Below are positions 29,730-38,438 of a stretch of DNA of 64,000 nt, one piece after another. Under the pieces are notes generated by a model. That model was not told the DNA's origin. It saw only the letters and a program-made list of their open reading frames with translations, and ran no database searches. Made by a program: the position numbers and the translations under genes. Position 1 is the first letter of the stretch, and each line of letters begins with the position of its first letter. The stretch covers positions 1 to 64,000 of IMG/VR virus record IMGVR_UViG_3300037110_000087. One strand, 5' to 3'.

Positions 29730-29761
29730 CAGGTTATACAGATAAGAGTCCCTATTCTAGG

Positions 29762-31339
29762 ATGTCCATGTCTGACTTGCCCAAGGCTTTTTTACAGAGA
29801 GGTTTGTTCGTCCCAGCTAATTGGGTAGATCAAAATCCAGGCATTCTGGCTCATTATACCTATGTGTTTAAAGAGAAGTCAATGGAACTGGGTGAGATGA
29901 TGACCGTCCATAATGAGATCCTGACTTATTCCCGGATGGGCGAATATTATGAATTTTCCAGGGGTGATCTGACTAAGACTTACAACCTGTTTGGCAGTCA
30001 CTTCGATATCAGGGATGGACGCTCTAATGTCCCTATTGGAATTCCATTTCAGTTCAATCCCAACAAGTCTCTAAAGGATGCTCAGAAGCAAGCCCTAAGA
30101 GAGTTTATTACCCCTAATATTGGTGGTGTAATTGAGGCTCCCCCTGCATTTGGAAAGACGGTCTTGATGGTCGCTTATATCAGTATGGTTCAACAAAAGA
30201 CACTTATCATCGTGAATAAGACTGGCCTAGTGGAGCAGTTCATTGACAGAGCTAGGGAGTTCTCTAATCTTAATGAATTAGAAACCAAGAAAACCAAGCT
30301 AATTGGCAAGTTAGCATTTAAGAAGGGTGTGCCAATCACTTATCCAATCACCGTAACCACTTTCCAAATGTTTAGTACTGAAGATGGATTGGCTAGAGTC
30401 CAGAGTATTGCTAACGAGTTTGGAGTGGTGTTCGTAGATGAATGTCATCGCTCCCCTGCAGCTACTTTGATCAAGGTAATTTCCGGTCTAAACCCATTAA
30501 TTAAGGCCGGTGTCAGTGCCACCCCGGAGAAGCGAAAAGATCAGAAACACGCGCTATTGCCAGATCTGATTGGGCCAGTGCGGGTGAAACCATTGGTCAA
30601 GAATGACTGTGTAGTGAAATTTGTCATGGGCCAGTACATTCCGTTTAAGAACCCCAATCCTCGATTCCAACTGGCAGTAGCCGTTCTAACTAATAGTATC
30701 GCCAGGAATCGCAAGATCTGTACCAATGTGATCGCGGATATTAATGTTGGACATCGGGTAATGATTTTAACAATGTTTATTAAGCATTGTGATCTGCTCA
30801 AATCAATGCTGGAGACAGAGGGGGTTCGTGTTGAACGATTGATTGGGAAATCTTCCAAGAAAGAACGCGATGATGTGACAAACCGGCTCAATGCCCTTGA
30901 TAATTGTATTGATTATATTAAGGAACGTAGCTCAGTGGAGATTGATTGGGATGAGATCCTGACTTGGAAAGATTTATTCGATGCGAGCGTCAATCTGCCC
31001 CTGGAAACTCAGGAGAAGATTAAATATTATTATTCAATCCGACTAGATTGCGTAGTTGCCACTTCAGGTCTATTAGGTGAGGGATCTGATATCCCCTGTC
31101 TGAGCAGTCTTCATTTGGTCGTTCCCCTGGCCAACGAGATCGCTATTGAGCAATCAATTGGGAGAATCCAACGGACCTTCAAGCGGAAATTAGCCCCTCT
31201 AGCTACCTACTACAGTGACCCCGGTCTAGGAATCTTTAGAGGTTGCAAGATGAGGGTGAAGAAAATCTGCGAGGGCTTGGGTTATACTATAATTGATGAA
31301 ACTGTAAAGAAAGATTTAAACGATGATGGTACAATCTAA
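29762..31339 (+). CDS. superfamily 2 helicase (UvsW/XPB-like)
   Basis: APPAFGKT, VDECHR, SAT, QSIGRIQR. Confidence 0.9.
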   Translation: MSMSDLPKAFLQRGLFVPANWVDQNPGILAHYTYVFKEKSMELGEMMTVHNEILTYSRMGEYYEFSRGDLTKTYNLFGSHFDIRDGRSNVPIGIPFQFNPNKSLKDAQKQALREFITPNIGGVIEAPPAFGKTVLMVAYISMVQQKTLIIVNKTGLVEQFIDRAREFSNLNELETKKTKLIGKLAFKKGVPITYPITVTTFQMFSTEDGLARVQSIANEFGVVFVDECHRSPAATLIKVISGLNPLIKAGVSATPEKRKDQKHALLPDLIGPVRVKPLVKNDCVVKFVMGQYIPFKNPNPRFQLAVAVLTNSIARNRKICTNVIADINVGHRVMILTMFIKHCDLLKSMLETEGVRVERLIGKSSKKERDDVTNRLNALDNCIDYIKERSSVEIDWDEILTWKDLFDASVNLPLETQEKIKYYYSIRLDCVVATSGLLGEGSDIPCLSSLHLVVPLANEIAIEQSIGRIQRTFKRKLAPLATYYSDPGLGIFRGCKMRVKKICEGLGYTIIDETVKKDLNDDGTI

Positions 31340-31364
31340 ATAGATAGAATTCATGGAGTAAGTA

Positions 31365-32081
31365 ATGAAACTGACACTTATCGCAACTGTCACTAGAGAA
31401 GCAAACAAATACATCGTGAATAAGCCTGGACACAAGGATAGCAAGGGTAAACCCGCTCCCTGGTGTGTAGTGGACAAGAAGGGTAAGATCATTGGCAGTC
31501 ATGCTACCAAGGAATTAGCTGAAAAAGCGTTCCGTGGTATGGAAATGAATAAGCATGCTGAATACCTACCTAATATCATCAACAAGCGTACTCCTGAGAA
31601 CAACAAGAGTAAGATCGAGCACAACAAGGACGTCGAGAAGGACGAGAAGAATGAACGTTTCTCTCCCAAGGGCGAGGACGAGAAGAATGATCGCTTTGAA
31701 CCCAAGAAGCTGTTGAAGGATAAGCCAGCTGAGAGACTCAATCCCAAGGTGGAGACTGACAAGCCCAATACTCGCTTTGAACCCAGGGGTCTGCCCAAGG
31801 ACGAGAAGAACGACCGTTTCTCAGGCAAAACCGCCAAGAAAGAGATCCCTTTTGATTCTGCGAGTCATCTCAAGGCTATTTGGGAAGGTTCTGTGATCGC
31901 CAAGATCCTGAAGAAGCTGGAAGCTGCTGGTCCTTTCTCCGTGGAAGAGGGCAAGTCTGCTGCCAGACAGGCATTGACTAAGGTCGAAGACACCTTCATC
32001 AGTCGCTATTCTGAGGAGGAATGGGACGAGATGAAACCAAAGCTCTTGACCAAGATCGTCAGAGCACTCAAAGTCAAGTAA
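31365..32081 (+). CDS. charged repeat-containing protein with N-terminal motif; candidate internal head protein
   Basis: Starts MKLTLIATV. Contains WCVVDKKGKIIGSHATKELAEKAFRGME.NKH and DEKNxRFxPK repeats; biased codons. Confidence 0.7.
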   Translation: MKLTLIATVTREANKYIVNKPGHKDSKGKPAPWCVVDKKGKIIGSHATKELAEKAFRGMEMNKHAEYLPNIINKRTPENNKSKIEHNKDVEKDEKNERFSPKGEDEKNDRFEPKKLLKDKPAERLNPKVETDKPNTRFEPRGLPKDEKNDRFSGKTAKKEIPFDSASHLKAIWEGSVIAKILKKLEAAGPFSVEEGKSAARQALTKVEDTFISRYSEEEWDEMKPKLLTKIVRALKVK

Positions 32082-32082
32082 T

Positions 32083-32322
32083 ATGAAACTACATCTGATA
32101 GCCACTCTCAATTTAGATATTAAACTCCTTGATTGGAGTAGTGGAGATATATGCGTTAATGGGAAAGATATGACCGGCCCTGAGGCCGAGAAGTTTATTC
32201 TGAGCCACGAAGATAGCACCCCCGTAGCTCTTTCTAGAGCCTATAGTAAGAGACATAGAGGGATCCACAGAACTACCGTGGGTGATCTGCGCAGGGAAAA
32301 GAATGGCTGGTGGAGCTGGTAA
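32083..32322 (+). CDS. hypothetical protein with N-terminal motif
   Basis: Starts MKLHLIATL. Confidence 0.7.
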   Translation: MKLHLIATLNLDIKLLDWSSGDICVNGKDMTGPEAEKFILSHEDSTPVALSRAYSKRHRGIHRTTVGDLRREKNGWWSW

Positions 32323-32363
32323 GATCCTTTCTCGCCATGGAAGCCAATAAACACGGATAATTG

Positions 32364-32705
32364 ATGAAACTTCACCTTAGGGCTTCACTTGGGTATATCA
32401 CTAAACAACAAATGCTCGATCAAGGGGGTAGTGGATACCTTGATCGAGCATTTCTTTGTATGATACCCGTCTTGAAGATAGAAGGGAGGGAGCCTAATCC
32501 TGCTGCTTCCGATGAGGAAGGGTATAAGAAGGGCCGAAAAATATTGGTTCCTATCGAAGTAGAATACCGAGCGAGTGAAGATTTGTATTACTTATATGCA
32601 GGCAATCATCGAGTAGTTCAAGCAGAAATCAATGGGGATCAGATGATCAAGGCGTGGGTCCAACCTGATCAAGGACGAGTGGGTCCTTCTGCAAGGAAAT
32701 TATGA
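32364..32705 (+). CDS. ParB/Srx-like domain protein with N-terminal motif
   Basis: PIEVEY...YYLYAGNHRVVQAEING...IKAWV; starts MKLHLRASL. Confidence 0.65.
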   Translation: MKLHLRASLGYITKQQMLDQGGSGYLDRAFLCMIPVLKIEGREPNPAASDEEGYKKGRKILVPIEVEYRASEDLYYLYAGNHRVVQAEINGDQMIKAWVQPDQGRVGPSARKL

Positions 32706-32748
32706 GACTAAATGACCTAGGTTAAAAAACCTAAGGGAGTTTTGCCTT

Positions 32749-33375
32749 ATGAAGGTAATTATAGCGGATTGTAGTAACGAAGGAATCCTCTATATTGGTG
32801 ATGATTTATTAGTCGCCAATCAATTAAAATTTGGTTTAGTCGACACCAAGATTAGGATTCTGTTCCCTAGTAATCCCGCTTATGAATTGATCACGCGAGA
32901 AGAACTCTTTCAGAAGAATGCCCACTATTGGATTAATGCTGATAATATTGTGGCAGGGCTTGATAAGCAAGCCTTCAATCCCATTTATCTTAAGAGAAGA
33001 ACCCTGGTCAAGCTTAGGTATCCACTCATGGAAGAGCTGATGAGATTTGTCATATCGGCTAGTAAAAGAAGTAAAATCGCTATATGGGATGGATTTGAAA
33101 ATAATATCGCACAAGCAATAAGCGAATATAAACCACCATTTATGGGTTTCCCTCCTGATATTCAGGAATATGCGCATATCAATCGAATATCGCCAGAGAT
33201 AGCCTTCCGAGAATTACGGTTGCAAATGCAGAATGTACAGAGTTTAAAAATGCGCATCTATGCGCAGCAGCGATATTTTATGGATCAGATTAATTCAATT
33301 ACCACTCCTCAACAATTTACACCCTTATATGAAGAACTCTCGGATAAATTTTTCCGTGATTCCATGATCGGATAA
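32749..33375 (+). CDS. hypothetical protein
   Basis: 208-aa ORF coupled to the next gene. Confidence 0.75.
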   Translation: MKVIIADCSNEGILYIGDDLLVANQLKFGLVDTKIRILFPSNPAYELITREELFQKNAHYWINADNIVAGLDKQAFNPIYLKRRTLVKLRYPLMEELMRFVISASKRSKIAIWDGFENNIAQAISEYKPPFMGFPPDIQEYAHINRISPEIAFRELRLQMQNVQSLKMRIYAQQRYFMDQINSITTPQQFTPLYEELSDKFFRDSMIG

Positions 33376-33376
33376 G

Positions 33377-34468
33377 ATGCGATCTTTATTCAACTACAAT
33401 CCAAATCGTTTTAGGTCTATGCCGGGTCAGGATATACAAGATTGGCTCTCTCTACATAAGATCATCAATGACAACATCTCCATCGTAGATAGATCCGGTG
33501 TATTGAAATTACCTATTAGAACTCAGGTTGCACCTCATCTTATTATGCCCTCTTATGACCCAGATTTTAGTATGACCTATGAGGAATGTTGCCAACTTAG
33601 TGCCAGAGAGTTGATAGCACGACAAGAGCGCTTAGATATTCCGATTAGGATTCTTTATAGTGGTGGGATCGATAGCAGTCTAGTTTTAGTTAGTCTTATC
33701 AAGGAACTTGGTCTTGCTGCTGCTGAATGGCGAATTGAATTAGTAATGAATATGGAGAGCATCGAAGAAAATCCTTGGATGTGGGAGAAAATAATAAGGA
33801 CCAGCAAGATTAGACTTGTTAATGGTGAACAGCACTCAGCTGATTGGGGTAAAGATCGGATTCTGGTTGGTGGAGAATTCAATGATCAGTTATTAGGCAT
33901 GGATACCTACAAGGACTTAGTGCGCTGGCGGGGTGAAGGTATACTCATACAACCTTGGACCGAGACTATTATGACCGACTATTTCCTCTACAAAGGACTT
34001 GATCGGAGGCTGGCAGAAAAATGGACACACTTATGGTCGGTACAACTGCTAGCAGCTCCTTGCGCTGTCGAGACAGTTGCGGATTGGTGGTGGTGGTTAA
34101 ATTTCAGCTGTAAATGGACTAGTGTTTATTTTAGCTCTTTATCCTATGTGCTCAATCCTGCCAATATAAACCAGGACTATCTTAAGGATTACTATTGTCA
34201 GTTCTTTGGCAGTGATGATTTCCAACGTTGGTCCATGAAGGACACCACACACAAGCATAAGGGTACCATACTCAGCTATAAATGGCATTCTAAAAAATTA
34301 ATAGCTGAATTCCTAGGTAGTCCAGAATTCTTGCAGAAAATCAAACGGGGTAGCTTCTGGAATCTGATAGCCCTCAAGCGTGGTGTAGATGCCATTGATA
34401 ATGAATATAACTATATATGGAAAATATCCCAGAGTGAATGGTATAGCCCAACGAATAGTTTTAACTGA
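33377..34468 (+). CDS. asparagine-synthetase-like PP-loop adenylating enzyme (no glutaminase domain)
   Basis: ILYSGGIDSS and LVGGEFNDQLLG. Confidence 0.65.
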   Translation: MRSLFNYNPNRFRSMPGQDIQDWLSLHKIINDNISIVDRSGVLKLPIRTQVAPHLIMPSYDPDFSMTYEECCQLSARELIARQERLDIPIRILYSGGIDSSLVLVSLIKELGLAAAEWRIELVMNMESIEENPWMWEKIIRTSKIRLVNGEQHSADWGKDRILVGGEFNDQLLGMDTYKDLVRWRGEGILIQPWTETIMTDYFLYKGLDRRLAEKWTHLWSVQLLAAPCAVETVADWWWWLNFSCKWTSVYFSSLSYVLNPANINQDYLKDYYCQFFGSDDFQRWSMKDTTHKHKGTILSYKWHSKKLIAEFLGSPEFLQKIKRGSFWNLIALKRGVDAIDNEYNYIWKISQSEWYSPTNSFN

Positions 34469-34517
34469 GCTTACCAAGTTGATTAGCAGGTTATAAACCT
34501 ATAAGTAGGGGTGTGTT

Positions 34518-36374
34518 TTGACTTCGTATTCCGGTAAAGATCTAACTAAGATGTCACCTGTCGAGCATCTTAGGGCTAAACCTCATATGTACATCGGGGA
34601 TATTAGCGAGGGGCCTCATCATTTGTTTAATGAGATCTTGGACAATAGCGTCGACGAATTTCTGAGTGGATTTGGCACAAGAATTGAGATCGATGTTGCT
34701 GAGGATGGTGGTTGGATCAAGGTCAAGGATTATGGCCGAGGCATTCCTGTTGATAAAACCGAATATGGAATTCCTGGTGTGACCTTGGTGTTCACTGAGA
34801 TCAACACTGGTGGTAAGTTCAAACCGGGTAAGAATTACGAGGTTAGTGGAGGTCTTCATGGAGTGGGTCTTAGTGCCGTGTGCGCTTTATCCATTAAAAC
34901 TAATGTTGAAATTAGGCGTGATAAGAAAATCTGGCGGGAAAGCTACTCCAGGGGTATAGTTGAAGTCCCACTGAAATCTTACGGGAAAGCCGAGGACACA
35001 GGTACTTCAATCTACATGGAAGCCGATCCGGAGATCTTCACTGTTTCCAATTTCGACATCACTATGATTGAGTCACGGATTCAGGACTTAAGTTTCCTCC
35101 TACCCGGATGCGAGTTTATTCTAAAGGTGGAAAACTCCCCAGCCCGGTTGTTCAAGACTAACGGTCTTGGTGAGTTGCTCGATCAGAAGATGAGAGATTA
35201 TGTTGCCACTAGGAAGCAAGCTGATCGTCTATGCAATCCCTTTCTAATCACCGGAAAGGCTAGCTCTGAGGTCGAACTGGCTTTATGCTTCACCAATGCT
35301 ACTGCCCTCCATACCTTCAGTTTCGTCAATTGCATTACCACTCATGATGGTGGGACCCACGAGGTCGCAATCAAGAAGACTGTTCTTAACTGTCTTAAGG
35401 GTTGGGTTGGGTCTGACAAGTTCACCTTCGAGAATGAGGATCTGCAGGATGGTCTATGGATCGCAGTTCATCTAAAGACCAAGGACACAGCATTCAGCAG
35501 TCAGACTAAAGAGAAGTTCGTTGGTAAGAGTGCGGGTCAGGATATCCCAGAGGCCCTGAATCTCCGGTTCCAGCAATGGATCACCGCCAATGATGATTTG
35601 ATGAAGAAGGTGTTTACCCTGGCCCAACAGCGATGTATGGCCAGGAAACAATCGAGTAAACTGCAGAAGCTTGAGGCCCAGATCAAGATTAACGACTCCA
35701 AGCTCAAACGCGGTAGCGTTGAGGGTGGGATCATGGATTGTCGGACCACCAAGGTCGAAGAATCTGAGGTCTTTATCGTGGAAGGTCGATCTGCTGCCGG
35801 AAGTGCCAGACAGGCTAAGGATCATCACTTCCAGGCTGTTCTTCCCTTGCGGGGTAAAATCATCAATGCCTATCGTAGCAATCTCACAACCCTATTGGCT
35901 AATGAGGAGATTAAAGATATTCTGAACACTCTTGGATGTGGTTATGGTAAGTCCTGTGATCCAAGTATGCTCAGATATGGCAAGATTATTCTATTGATGG
36001 ATGCAGATCCCGATGGCGGTCATATCACTAGCTTAATGTTAGGATTCTTCTTTAAATATCTTAGACCAATCATTGAACAAGGGCGGGTCTACGTAGTCGA
36101 CGGACCTTTATTCGCAGCCTCTAAAAATCGTGAGAAGGCATATTTCTACACTCTGGATGAAGCCAAGGAGAAACTAGGTAAGGATTTTGACAAATGGATT
36201 TTGACACGTATGAAAGGTTGGGGTGAGTGTAATCCTGATGTGCTTAAGATTATTGCCTTAGGTGAAGATACCAGGAAGCTCTATCAGATTCAGCTGACAG
36301 ATGAAACTCCCGTCAGAATTGAAGAGATGATGAGCGAGGATTCCCAATTCCGCAAGCTACTCTTGACTTCCTAG
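34518..36374 (+). CDS. type IIA topoisomerase ATPase/TOPRIM subunit (GyrB/ParE-like)
   Basis: EILDNSVDE, DYGRGIP, GGKF, SGGLHGVG, EGRSA, PLRGKIIN, DADPDGGHI, RMKGWGE. Confidence 0.95.
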   Translation: MTSYSGKDLTKMSPVEHLRAKPHMYIGDISEGPHHLFNEILDNSVDEFLSGFGTRIEIDVAEDGGWIKVKDYGRGIPVDKTEYGIPGVTLVFTEINTGGKFKPGKNYEVSGGLHGVGLSAVCALSIKTNVEIRRDKKIWRESYSRGIVEVPLKSYGKAEDTGTSIYMEADPEIFTVSNFDITMIESRIQDLSFLLPGCEFILKVENSPARLFKTNGLGELLDQKMRDYVATRKQADRLCNPFLITGKASSEVELALCFTNATALHTFSFVNCITTHDGGTHEVAIKKTVLNCLKGWVGSDKFTFENEDLQDGLWIAVHLKTKDTAFSSQTKEKFVGKSAGQDIPEALNLRFQQWITANDDLMKKVFTLAQQRCMARKQSSKLQKLEAQIKINDSKLKRGSVEGGIMDCRTTKVEESEVFIVEGRSAAGSARQAKDHHFQAVLPLRGKIINAYRSNLTTLLANEEIKDILNTLGCGYGKSCDPSMLRYGKIILLMDADPDGGHITSLMLGFFFKYLRPIIEQGRVYVVDGPLFAASKNREKAYFYTLDEAKEKLGKDFDKWILTRMKGWGECNPDVLKIIALGEDTRKLYQIQLTDETPVRIEEMMSEDSQFRKLLLTS

Positions 36375-36382
36375 CGAAATTC

Positions 36383-36391
36383 TGCTAAACT
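36383..36391 (+). promoter_or_regulatory. extended -10 element (TGcTAAACT), probable leaderless start
   Basis: Ends 7 nt before ATG 36399; no SD sequence. Confidence 0.4.
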
Positions 36392-36398
36392 GGATACT

Positions 36399-36953
36399 AT
36401 GGAACTATATTCCTATCAATCTCCTGAGGTTGTGGCACTAATCCACACACAAGGTCGTTATTTACCTGCTTGGAATAGGTGTAATTGTTTCGAAGAGGAC
36501 CAGTGGCAGTTTGAGTGTTCCTACCGGTTTATGGTGGATCAATATAACCGGATTAAAAAGACCAACTTTGATACACCCCCAGTTTTTTGGTACACTGAAT
36601 TGAGACAGGCCAAACGGAACATGAAGTATGTCAAGCGAGGGGTGATGCTCATTGCTCAAGTTCCGGATGAAGCGATCCTGCAATATGACTCAGAAGATTG
36701 GTATGGAGCTTTGAACCTTTATGGAATTGGGTTTGGTCATAATTATGGTGATGTACCTAATTGGGAGCGTTTTGATAAGATCTGGGACGCTTACAAAAAG
36801 AACCCCAGAGCTATGGAGGAAAGCTGGAAGGAAATCTTCCATCTCCCTTTGTGCAAGAGGGAGAGAGTGGAAGTTCATGCGGTTACTATGGAAATCCAAC
36901 TGGAGTGGATATTCCAACAAGATATATTCCAACAAGATATTGTGCCACTCTAA
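36399..36953 (+). CDS. DUF3841-like protein
   Basis: SYRFMVDQY...PVFWY...QVPDEAILQYDSEDWYGALN. Confidence 0.5.
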   Translation: MELYSYQSPEVVALIHTQGRYLPAWNRCNCFEEDQWQFECSYRFMVDQYNRIKKTNFDTPPVFWYTELRQAKRNMKYVKRGVMLIAQVPDEAILQYDSEDWYGALNLYGIGFGHNYGDVPNWERFDKIWDAYKKNPRAMEESWKEIFHLPLCKRERVEVHAVTMEIQLEWIFQQDIFQQDIVPL

Positions 36954-37002
36954 ATAGTCAAACCGTGGTTTAATAATAAAAGCAATTTTCACCAGGGATA
37001 CA

Positions 37003-37497
37003 ATGAAGCTTAATTTGAAAGCCAGAGTCATAAAGCAGGAAGGCAACCTCTGGGGCCTCCGGGCAGAATACTGGGACAGTGGATCCGGTGCCGCAGGGTG
37101 TATTTTCTTCTGTCCAGCTACTCGCAGATGGTTAGTATCATTCCGGTCCGCGCATGTCATGGAACCTCATACCTGGGGTATCTGGGGTGGCAAACTAGAT
37201 GGAAGGGAAACTCCGCTTGAAGCTGTGAAGAGAGAAGCCGAAGAGGAAACTGGACACTCTGCTGAGGGTATTGAGTTCATTCCTTCTTACGTCTACCAAG
37301 ATGGATCTTTTAAATACCGAAATTTTATAGCTATCGTGGATGCTGAGTTCGAACCAGAGATGGACTGGGAGACTGAAGGTTTTAGATGGTGTAAGATTAA
37401 TGAATTTCCCAATAAGCTACATTTTGGGTTGAAGGCACTTTATCCTTATCTGGTTGATTTTGATAAAGGTTATAATAACGAGGAGAAACAAGCATGA
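37003..37497 (+). CDS. NUDIX hydrolase with N-terminal motif
   Basis: WGIWGGKLDGRETPLEAVKREAEEETG; starts MKLNLKARV. Confidence 0.9.
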   Translation: MKLNLKARVIKQEGNLWGLRAEYWDSGSGAAGCIFFCPATRRWLVSFRSAHVMEPHTWGIWGGKLDGRETPLEAVKREAEEETGHSAEGIEFIPSYVYQDGSFKYRNFIAIVDAEFEPEMDWETEGFRWCKINEFPNKLHFGLKALYPYLVDFDKGYNNEEKQA

Positions 37498-38000
37498 CCG
37501 AAGAAATTAATCCTATCATTGAAGCAGTTGAACTAAAAGTGGACGAAGCTAAAGAGGTAGTTGAGGCTGTCGTACACGAAACTGAGGCTGTCGTAGAAAC
37601 TGTAGTTGAGAAAGTGGAAGCGATTGTGGAGCCTATTGTTGAGAAAGTGGAAGCGATTGTTGAGGCTGCGATTGTTGAGGTCGAAGCTGTCCCAGTTGTC
37701 CCAGTTGTCCCAGTGGAACCCGAACCTGTGATCCCTACTCCTGTCCCAGTTCCAGTTGAACCCGTAGCCCCTATTGCCCCTCCTGAACCAATTGCTCCAG
37801 TAGAACCAATTGCTTCAGCTACCCGTTCCTTCTCTGTCGATACTGAACAGACCCCGGAATTCGTTCCTTATCAGGAACCAATCTTCGTCTACCAAGAGCC
37901 GGTAAAGGTTCCAGGTAAGGGGGTGTTCCATTGCCCTCTGACTAACAAATTGGTGCCAGTTGAAGAAACTGATCTTGGTATTCTTGGTAAAAGACCTTAA
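37494..38000 (+). CDS. Glu/Val/Pro-rich low-complexity protein
   Basis: Repeats of VEKVEAIVE, PVV and PEP. Confidence 0.75.
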   Translation: MTEEINPIIEAVELKVDEAKEVVEAVVHETEAVVETVVEKVEAIVEPIVEKVEAIVEAAIVEVEAVPVVPVVPVEPEPVIPTPVPVPVEPVAPIAPPEPIAPVEPIASATRSFSVDTEQTPEFVPYQEPIFVYQEPVKVPGKGVFHCPLTNKLVPVEETDLGILGKRP

Positions 38001-38009
38001 GGTCGTACC

Positions 38010-38438
38010 GTGAGGCAGCAGCATTCCCTCATGAAATTCGACCCTGCCAACGGGGAGCCGAAGCCATACCCAAGCAATGCCGACCACTGGCGGTCCTGGC
38101 ACGGACACCGGGCGTGGCTGTTCAACCCATGGACCGGCAAGCAGCGCGATCCGGACGACATCGGGAGCGACGTCCACGGCCACCTTATCATTCCATCTGG
38201 GGAGCCTATCTACCTTGCCTCCGCGCCCAAGGAAGGGCTGGCGTTCACCGCTGATGATGGGACCACCTATGAGGTGGTCAACATGAGTATCAGGTCCACT
38301 GACATGTTCTGTGACTCCTTGGCGCTGGTCATGAAACATCCAGACGGGACACGCTTCCGGTGGGCCTTCCACAACGACGAGGGCAACGGGGTGGAAAGTC
38401 TCCGCCGCCAACACCTGTCCACAGAGGGAACCTCATGA
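38010..38438 (+). CDS. hypothetical phage protein (GC-rich)
   Basis: MKFDPANG..KPYPS.A..WR.WHG..AWLFNPWTG..R...DIGSD. Confidence 0.7.
   Translation: MRQQHSLMKFDPANGEPKPYPSNADHWRSWHGHRAWLFNPWTGKQRDPDDIGSDVHGHLIIPSGEPIYLASAPKEGLAFTADDGTTYEVVNMSIRSTDMFCDSLALVMKHPDGTRFRWAFHNDEGNGVESLRRQHLSTEGTS

Noticed and set aside
32749-34468. Lasso peptide biosynthetic cluster
   Set aside because: No precursor, RRE or transglutaminase-like B protein was identified.
36906-36940. 15-nt tandem duplication encoding IFQQD twice
   Set aside because: A trivial slippage duplication at a gene end.
3709-37497. N-terminal MKL motif as a Sec signal peptide or a translation-initiation bias
   Set aside because: There is no hydrophobic h-region. 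Conservation extends to positions 5, 7 and 9 with variable codons, and other well-expressed genes lack it.
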